64,000 nt of DNA from Diplonema japonicum (lineage: Eukaryota; Protista; Euglenozoa: Diplonemea), in assembly GCA_964019335.1 (NCBI GenBank), contig OZ025724.1:397001-461000 (forward strand). Reading direction: 5' to 3'. Below are positions 55,741 to 64,000 of the stretch, piece after piece. Positions within the stretch are counted from its first letter, which is position 1. Each line of letters opens with the position of its first letter. The notes beneath the pieces were generated by a model. That model saw only the letters and a program-made list of their open reading frames with translations, did no database searches and had not been told where the DNA came from. Both the position numbers and the translations under genes were made by a program.

Positions 55741-58700
55741 GTACACCCTGGTCCCCAAGGGCCGGGGGCTTTTTTTGAGGGTGGAAGGGAAAGAAAAAAA
55801 AAAAACAAACAAGGAGGAACCTTTTTTCTTTTCAAACAACCAGGGGGGCCCAGCATCCACCCCCACCGCCCGCCAAGGTGTGGTTGGGGTGGAGGCTGTG
55901 AGCAACGTGAGAGCACCACTGCACACCCTTGTGAGAAGACAGAAAAGAGCCCCCTGGATTGCTATGGGTGGCAGGGAACCTAAGCCAGCGCCCAAGCGGA
56001 AGAAGAACAGGAGGAGGCACAGGAGCGAAACGGCCCTTCAGAGGCGTCGGGAGAAGAGGACCAAGGCGAGGGAGGGGGCGAGGGAGGCTGCCAGACAGGA
56101 GAAGAAAAGGCACTGTCGTGCGAGGAAAGAAGGGAGGAGGAGGACCCGCAGAGAGGAACACGAGGCCGCCCTGGAACAGAAGCCAGATGACCCTGCAATG
56201 GGGCTGAAGCAGACCGAGGTGGGAATGCCTGGAGCCCAACCCCTGGCACCCAGAATCCCGGCACCTGGGGCTGCAACCGGCACAAGGAGGCACCGCAGAC
56301 GGACGGGACACAGCAAGGAAGGGGTGAGATGGGAGCACCTGGGGGCGTGGGCCTGGGTCGCCCTGTTCTCCCTCTTGCTGATCCCAGGGGTGAGGCAGGT
56401 GCTGGGGGCGGGCATCGGGATGGCCCCCTCCTTCCTGCATGCAGCAGTGTTGTGGAAGAGGCCGGGGAGCGACAGGAGGACCACCCGCAGGTCAAGGGTA
56501 CAGGTGGGGCCCCGAGGGGATGAATGGTCCACCGGGGAGCTCGCTTGGCTAGCGGTAGGGGGCACTCTGGTGGGAAGCACTTCAGTTTGGATAGGGGGGC
56601 TGATGTCACTCTGGGCCATGGCGGAAGTGATGGTGGGGAAAGCTGGTGCTGGCCCGACCCAGAGATTCGGACCGGTAAAGCTGAAGAAGACAAGACGCGG
56701 ATTGAGAGGTCACTACCGGCCGGTGTACTTGGGCCCGCCTAGAAGCTCAAGACGCAGAAAAAAGAAGGAGGACGCCAAGCAAGCGGCGAAGGAACGAGCT
56801 GAGACGGAGGATAAGCTCTTTCAGGCCGAACACCTGGACCCCTTTGTGGACTTGACGCTGGCAGGGGACGCGTTGCAAGGAGGTGGTGACCCTCCCCCCA
56901 TGGATTTGGATGATGAGCACATGGAGGCGCAGAAGGAGGGGGAAAAAGAAGGATCAGACAAACATCAATGCCGGATGGAAGACTGCTCTTTCCGCACCAG
57001 TGTGGCAAGCTGTCTAGTTAAACACCTCAATGCGGTCCACCATCATTTTGTGAAACAAGAGCAGGCGAGGAGCATGAAGGTGAACCTCTGTGGAACGTGT
57101 GCTGCGGCGTGCTCGTCGAACCAGACGCACTGTGCACTACACAGGCAGCGGAATCTGTGGAACCCCGACAAACAACCCAGGGCCGGCAAGTCAGTGGACG
57201 AGATCATGAAGAGCTTCAAGCTGACGAGGAGATCGACGGAGAAGGACGGGAACTGCATGTTCCACGCCCTGGCCGGTTCGCTAGGGGAAGCCTACGGCGA
57301 CCACACCCACATCAGGAGCGAGGTTGTAGAATGGATGAAACACCGGGAGGAGCACTATGCCCCGTTTTGCAGTGAGGGTTGGGACCGGTACTTGGAAGGG
57401 ATGGGCACAGCAGCGACGTGGGGAGACCACTTGTGCCTGGCAGCCGCAGCACAAGCGTTTGGCCGCACGATACTCGTGGTTGCTGGGGGGAACAACCCAG
57501 TCCTGATGATAGGGGAGTACAACTCCGACCACGAGAAGGTGGTGGTGCTGGCGTACAATGGCAACCACTACGAGTATGCAGTCGGAGAGGAGGAGTCGAT
57601 GATGATGCTCCTTGATGAGTCCCAATCGGTAGCTCTACAAAAGGCAGGTAAGCAACCCTCCGAGGCCCCGGGTGAGGACATCGGGGAGTGGGACATAATA
57701 GACCGTGCGATCCCTGGATACGGGAAGGCAGGAGTGTTGGACCAGATGGGGGCAAGGAACCAGCAATTCCTGTACTGTCCGGTGGCGAACTGCGCTAGGT
57801 CGAAGTGCAAAAGCACGACCCTGTTCAACTCAACAAGGGTATGGAAGTGTCACCTGGATGGGCACCTGGAGAGTGATGAGATCCCGGAGAGCGTTCTGAG
57901 GAGACTGGACCTCGAGAGGTGCCTGGTGTGCAGGGGCTGCGTGTGGAAGGGTCAGGGGTGCCATGACGAGTGCAAAAAGGCGGTGCGAAGGGAAGGGGAA
58001 TACACGACCCCCCCGCCGGCCCCGACGAGGACCGAGTTACCCAGCCTGGAAGCCATAGCCGCCATGAACGTCACGACCATGGGGTCGATCCCGACGAGCC
58101 TTCAAAGACTGTGGGGGCTTACCCTTAAGCACACTCTGGGCCGGGCGGTGAAGGACAACACAGAAGAGGCTTGGCTGCTGGTGGCGATGCTCCCCAAAGC
58201 CTGCCTGTGGAAGAAGAGGGGAGGGAAGAAGCGGGACAAGGAGACGGAGCTGAGTGTCCAGGCCAGATTGGAGGAGTGGGAGAAGGGAAATTACATGGCC
58301 CTCTGGAATAAGCTGGAATCAGGTGAGAAGGGGGAACCTAAGAACGACGAGGTCTCTAAGGTCGCCAGGGCCACGGAACTGTGCAGCAAAGGGAGGTTCT
58401 CGGCAGGAAACGCGGTGCTTGTAGCCCAGGGGCTGGCGGAAGACAATGAGGATTGCTGGAGAGCGCTGCAGAGCAAACATCCAGAGCCACTACACCCCCA
58501 ATGGGACAACCCGGCGAAGACGAAGGAAGCGGTAGAAGTCTTGCCAGAAGAAGTGCTGGACGCAATCAGGGACTTCCTGAGGGGGACTGCTGCGGGACCG
58601 ACTGGTCTGAGAGCCCAGCACATCAAGGACGCGGTGGACGGAGCTTTTGAGTCTCAAGGCTGTTTGATGTCGGTGGCGAGGGCAGTCAACGCATTAGCTA

Positions 58701-60450
58701 GAGGCACGGCCCCTAGGGAGGTGGCTCCGCTGATGGCAGGGGCGAACCTTGTGGCCCTCAAGAAGAACGACAGGGACGTGCGGCCCATAGCCGTTGGGGA
58801 TGTGCTGCATCGGCTGGTGGGGAAATCCCTTGTGAAGAAGATCGCTCCGGAAGTGGCCTCTTCGTACCTGAAGAAAGGCGGCCAGGTGGGGGTATCGGTC
58901 CCTGCTGGAATGGAGGCGGCTATACACACCATCAGGCAGTATGTGGACAGGGAACGGGGCAACAAGCAGGAAAACAAGGTGATCCTCAAGATCGACTATG
59001 CCAACGCCTTCAACAGTGTTTGTCAGAGACAGCTGTGCTCACAGGCTTATGAGCAAGCGTCGGGGCTGTATGCGTGGGCCGATTGGTGCTACAGGGTGCC
59101 CTCCCAATTATACTACAACGGAAAGGTGATTAAGTCCCAGGAAGGGGTGCAACAGGGGGACCCGATGGGACCGCTGCTGTTCTCTCTGGCCATCCAACCC
59201 CTGGTGAACAAGATAAGTGAAGATTGCAACCTGGACATCCTCCAGTTCTACCTGGACGATGGCGTCCTTGTGGGGAATGTGGATGAAGTGAGAAAGGCGT
59301 ACAACATCTTGTGTGAGCTGAGCGGAATGATAGGGCTGAAAGTGAAACCCCAGAAGTGCGAGCTCATATGGGTTAGTGGCGACCTCCCCCAGACAGTGGA
59401 GGACACAGGCTTCGATGGCCTGACAGAAGAGAATTTCCACAAAGAGAGGAACTTCATGCTCCTGGGCTAGAAGAGAACTTCGACATGCTGACCAAGGTGG
59501 GGAGGCAGACAGGGTACACACTTCTCCGGTATTGCAGCTCATACAGCAAACTGGTGTTTTACATGAGAGTGGTCCCAGACTCGCATGTGGGAGGGGTCAT
59601 GCACAGGTTCGACGAGATGGTGCGGAAGACGATGTCGAAGGTGTGCGGCATGCAGTTCGAGAACGGGTCGAAAGAATGGCAGCAGGCGAAACTGTCCGTA
59701 AAAGTCGGTGGGCTTGGGATGAGGAGCTGCCAGGAGCACCTGCGCACGGCCAACATGGCTTCGAGGGCGTCGACGATGAAGCTGTGCAAGGAGCTGGATC
59801 CCAAATACGAACATGGGCTGGAAGGGGGTGTATGGGGGAGCTGGCTCGAGTGGTTCAACAGGACGAAGGGCGGCATGCAGATTACACCCGACATGGTGGC
59901 CAAGGCCCCCCACATCTGCAGCCAGAGGTGGCTCTCTAGGGTGCTTGATGAGAAGGCGCTGGAGGACCTCTTGGCGAAAGCAGATGCACACTCGAGAGCG
60001 AGGTTGATGTCGGAGTCAATGCACTATGCGGGGGCGTGGTTGACGGCGACGCCTGACTTCTACAACCAGCTGTCGGACAACGAGTTTGGGGCTCTGATCA
60101 AGTGGTGGTTGGGGGCTCCGGTCTACAAGCAGGGTGAGAGCTGCCACGACCCGAGGTGCAAGACTGAGGGGATGGGCATATGGGGTGACCATGCCCAGGG
60201 ATGTGGCAACGCCAGGATTGCGAGGCACGACCGGGTGAAGGAGACCATCCACAGACACTGTCAGTGGGCCGGGGTGAGCGCAACGATGGAGAAGACGGGG
60301 CTGATCCCGGGGTCGTCCCAGCGCCCGGCGGACGTGTTCTTCCCAGGTGGGGTGGGGGGTTCCCGCCCAATGGCTATGGACGTGGTCATCGTGCACCCGA
60401 GGAACGAGTCTTGTGTCAACCAGGCGGCGATGAGATCGATAGCAGGGGCG

Positions 60451-62303
60451 CTGTTAGTCAAAGGGCCTGTACAGTTGGATCCAGGGCCCCCGGTACCGGA
60501 CGGCGAAGAGGAAAAAAAGGACAACGAGGAAGCGAACAACGAACCCAACACTGAATCCAACACTGACCTCACAGAGGACTCCTTCGGCAATGAAAAAACC
60601 ACCGAAGCTGAGGAGTCGTCCGAGAGGGAAGTGAAGGGACAGGGAGGCGGACCCCCAATCACGGTGGCCCACCAGCTGGATGCCCTTCTGGAGCAGACGA
60701 AGAAGGACCTGGACGCCCGAATGCAACAGCAGCGAAAGGCGGAACCGGCGGAGGGTGGAACACAAGGGAAAGCGGGAGCAGGACTCGAAGCAGCCTCACC
60801 GGGAGGAGAAGACACGGAGATGGCCGGAACAGGATCCAGTGAGAGGGCTGGGCAGGGAGGGGGGCTTGACCCGAAGGCCCAGGAAGATGGGAAGAGACAA
60901 GGGGCGACTGACGCTGCGGTGAACCGGACCTTGGACCAGTGTCCTAAGGGGGATACGGAGGCCCAGAGGGACTCGAACAAGGGGGACCAGAGTGCGACAA
61001 CTGCTACGAGGAAGATGACCGTGAGCGAGTTCTGTAGGGAACAAGCTGCGAAGAGACAGGGCGGTGGGAGGACTCTGAAGCCGCAGGCGGATGACGCCCC
61101 CGAAGGGACCAAAGAGGGCGGGAACGCACCGAGCGGAGGCAGCCAGTCGGGGCCTGACACACCTAGGGGTGGGATCCAGACGCCGGAGGGAGATCAGCTG
61201 ATGGGAGTCGGGGCACCGGAAAGGGAACAGCAGGTGGAAGTAGGGGGAGACTTCGTTCAGCTTGACCCGATTGATGTGGTGATGGGCATCCCAATTCCGA
61301 GAGCGATGGTGCCACTGAGGGCGAGGCCGGGGGACCGACTGCTCAAGTTCATCATCCAGTTCGAGGGCCGGGTGGAGATCATCCTTGAAGAAGGAACGGA
61401 CCCTGGAAGGGAGAGGACTGAGGAGATGCTTCTTGCGAAGGCCGAGTCGCTGGGTGTTCCACTGGAGGTGGCTATGGCTGGCCAGATTGGTATCGCTGGA
61501 CTTGGATACATGATGGTAAAGCAGTACTTCGCAAGCTTGGAAGGTGGGTCGGACGGAGAGCGCCGCAGCCGCATTGTGGGTTGTGAGGTGCAGAAGTCGG
61601 AAACATACCGCGAGTTCGAGTTCCCGAGGACAGTCCAGGATTTCCAGATCACGTACGCGTGTGGGTGTTCGGCGGTGCAACCTGTTCGTTTCAAGGGTGG
61701 CGTGCTCAAGGGGACTCTGGAAACGGCATGGAGGGTGGTCAAGTTGCAGACCCGGGGGTGCAGACACCACCCGACACCGGGGAAGGAAGGGGTAGTGGGC
61801 ATTGCGGCGGGAGCCGGCGCTACCAAGGTGACACTACGTGAGTTCTTGGAGAGGTGCGACGCAAGGATAAGGGCCCCAGTGGGAAAGGTCAAGGACCTGA
61901 TCAAAGTGAAGGCGTGGGTGAGGGATGGAAGGAAGAGCTGAAGTGGAGCAAGAAGGACAAGAAGCGGGCCCGGGCCCGATCGGCCAGTACTGACTCGGAT
62001 TGTGTGGAGGGTGGCTACATCTATCTGAAGGGTACGGGGGCGGATGGCACCGTGGTCGAAGCCAACATATGCAGGGGTGAGCTCAAGGGGATGACCGAGC
62101 CCCAGTTCAAGTTCTTGGCGGAGCACAGGTTGATGGAAGAGCTGGGGAGCGACGACCTGGTGCGGGACACGGTCAAGGTGCGCGACAGGGAGAACTGGGC
62201 CCCGGTGAACAGTGCGGTGGCTTGGCTGCAGCTCGAGTCGGGGAGGGCACGGGTGGGGCCCATACCCCACAAGAAGAGGTCCAAAGGCTCGCTGGCCAGA
62301 TAG
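60451..62303 (+). mobile_element. Unassigned ORF fused in frame to the truncated RLE, probably part of another retroelement
   Basis: Abrupt change to low-complexity acidic sequence; part is duplicated at 53969-54260; apparent frameshift at about 61935. Confidence 0.45.
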
Positions 62304-62979
62304 GCCAGCGGGGGTGTGGGGGGCTGGCCCCCCCCCCCCCCCCCCCCCCGCCATAGGAAGATGTGAATTTTTTTTTTTTTTTTCTGAGAAAAAAAAAAAG
62401 GGAAAAATAAAAGAATAGGGAACAGGTGCTACAACGGCCAGGCTAGATAGAACCACTTAGATTTTTTTTTTTTTTTCCTTTTTCTTTTTTCTTTTTGTTT
62501 TTCTTTTTTTTTTTTTTTTTTTTTTTTATTTTTCTGTTTTTCTTTTTCTTTTTGAAGTGGAACCATCTCGGTCGACGTTTTTTTTTTTTTTTCTTTTTTC
62601 TTTTTCTTTTGTGGTGATGTGTTTTTCCTGTTTTTGATTTTCTTCTTCCCCCGCTCTATGCTTTTTCGCATGGACATTGGTCACTCTGCCCCTTTCCCCT
62701 TTTTTGATTCTCCCTCTTTCCCCCTCCTAAATTTTACCCCCTGCCCCACTCATTCCTCCCTAGTATGTTTTTGAATTTGCCTCTTCTTCTTTTAAGCCTT
62801 TTTTGAGATTTCTATTTTTGAATTTCTATCATTTGGAGTTGCTTCTTCTTCTTCCCCTCTCCCTCCCATAAAGAAAAAGAGAAACCCATGCCTTCCTCCC
62901 AGGTTGGAACTTGATTGTCTGTTTTGGAATATTTTTATTTTCTCTTAAGGTTTATCGTGCCTTGTGTGTCTTTTGAAGG

Positions 62980-63010
<31 letters not shown>

Positions 63011-63011
63011 A

Positions 63012-63127
63012 TTCTCAAGTCCCCCTTTTTATTTATTTTCTCAAGTCCCCCTTTTTATTTATTTTCTCAAGTCCCCCTTTTTATTTATTTTCTCAAGTCC
63101 CCCTTTTTATTTATTTTCTCAAGTCCC

Positions 63128-63134
<7 letters not shown>
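63012..63134 (+). repeat. 26-bp minisatellite, about 5 copies
   Basis: Unit ttctcaagtccccctttttatttatt, with tcaagt at 63015, 63041, 63067, 63093 and 63119; flanked by poly(A). Confidence 0.9.
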
Positions 63135-63173
<39 letters not shown>

Positions 63174-63944
63174 GAAGTAAATAGAATAGTAAAGAAAAAA
63201 AAAGAGAAAAAAAAACGGGAACAGAGAACAAAAAGAAAGGAAATAGTGTGAGAATTGAAATAATTAATGGGATGAACAGGACAAATGAGAAAAGAAAAAG
63301 AAAAGGGAAAAGAAAAATAGAGAACAAGTGTAGGAATATAAATACGGATAAGAAGAGCGCCATGAAGAGAAGAAAGAGGAAGAAAAAAAAAAGTTTGTGA
63401 GCAGCAGCCTTATCTAATCCCGTTTACCCAAACAACCCAACTCGTTTACCCCCAGAAAAAGAAGAAGAGGAAAAAAAGAGAACAAGTGTGAAATAAGAAG
63501 AGCACTACGAAGAGAAAAAATAAAAAGAAAGGAACAAAGAAAAAAGAAAAGAAAGAGAAAAGAAACAGTGAGCAGCAACCTTATTTAACAATACCCAAAT
63601 TTACCCACGTTTTACCAACAACCCCACCCCCAGAAGGAAAAAAAAAAAAGGAAAAAAAAAGAAGAAAAAAGAAAGAAAAAAAAAAAAAAAAAAAAGAAAA
63701 ACATAACCCAAGGCAAAACTTGTAGATAAAGACCCTGCAAATGTGCAGTATGAGTTGCTCACCCCCCTACCCAAAAGTGAGCAAAGCGTCCGTTAAAGAA
63801 AAGCAAGCCAGGATAGACTTGTGTACCCCCTCTTTCGCTCCTCTTCACTTTCACCCACCCGGGCCCCACCCACCCCACCCCTACCCGAGGCCAGGGAGGG
63901 AGAAAAAGAAAGGAGAGGGCTTGGCCAGCCAAAAAAAAGAGGTT

Positions 63945-64000
63945 AACCCGCAAACCCGCAAACCCGCAAACCCGCAAACCCGCAAACCCGCAAACCCGCA
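63945..64000 (+). repeat. (AACCCGCA)n octamer array running off the window
   Basis: 7 perfect copies. Confidence 0.9.

Larger units (their letters stand above)
54261..60450 (+). mobile_element. CRE/SLACS-clade non-LTR retrotransposon with AlkB, C2H2, OTU, RT and RLE domains (defective)
   Basis: AlkB 'LVNKY..IATHKD..WTH..TFR' (frameshifted); C2H2 fingers; OTU 'DGNCMF..WG..HY'; RT 'AAGPTG','RPIAVG','DYANAFN','GVQQGDPMGP','YLDDG'; RLE 'C..C..H..C','RHD','PAD','DV'; break at about 59468; RLE C-terminus missing. Confidence 0.9.

Noticed and set aside
63945-64000. True telomere
   Set aside because: The G-rich strand should run 5'-3' toward the end, but here it is the C-rich strand; also not TTAGGG

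Overview
Eukaryotic genomic DNA, most likely from a diplonemid (Euglenozoa). Support: a 39-nt diplonemid-type spliced-leader (SL) sequence, a euglenozoan-type LSU rRNA fragment, intron-poor genes all on one strand, and GTATGC-donor micro-introns. Bases 1-42.3 kb hold a co-directional minus-strand gene cluster: MAPEG protein, cyclic-nucleotide-gated K+ channel, RRM protein, beta-helix glycan enzyme, a UxxC AhpC/TSA-like selenoprotein with a SECIS-like hairpin, two CocE/NonD hydrolases, a surface mucin, a cyclase-like receptor, a 2002-aa Tpt1/KptA-RNase III-primase(AEP) fusion, a tyrosinase and a Ubl-ankyrin protein. The cluster is interrupted by two pogo-like transposons and a LINE fragment. 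Bases 43-64 kb are a transposon-dense block, strongly CpG-eroded over about 44.5-54 kb. It contains a VIPER/TATE-like tyrosine-recombinase retroelement, hAT-like non-autonomous elements, an Ingi-like LINE relic, and a CRE/SLACS-clade retrotransposon that begins with a full spliced leader and carries AlkB and OTU domains. Top leads: the SL-capped AlkB/OTU retrotransposon, the Tpt1-RNase III-AEP fusion, the selenoprotein missed by the ORF track, and regional CpG-to-TpG decay implying 5mC silencing. All calls are by-eye motif recognition; no searches were run.
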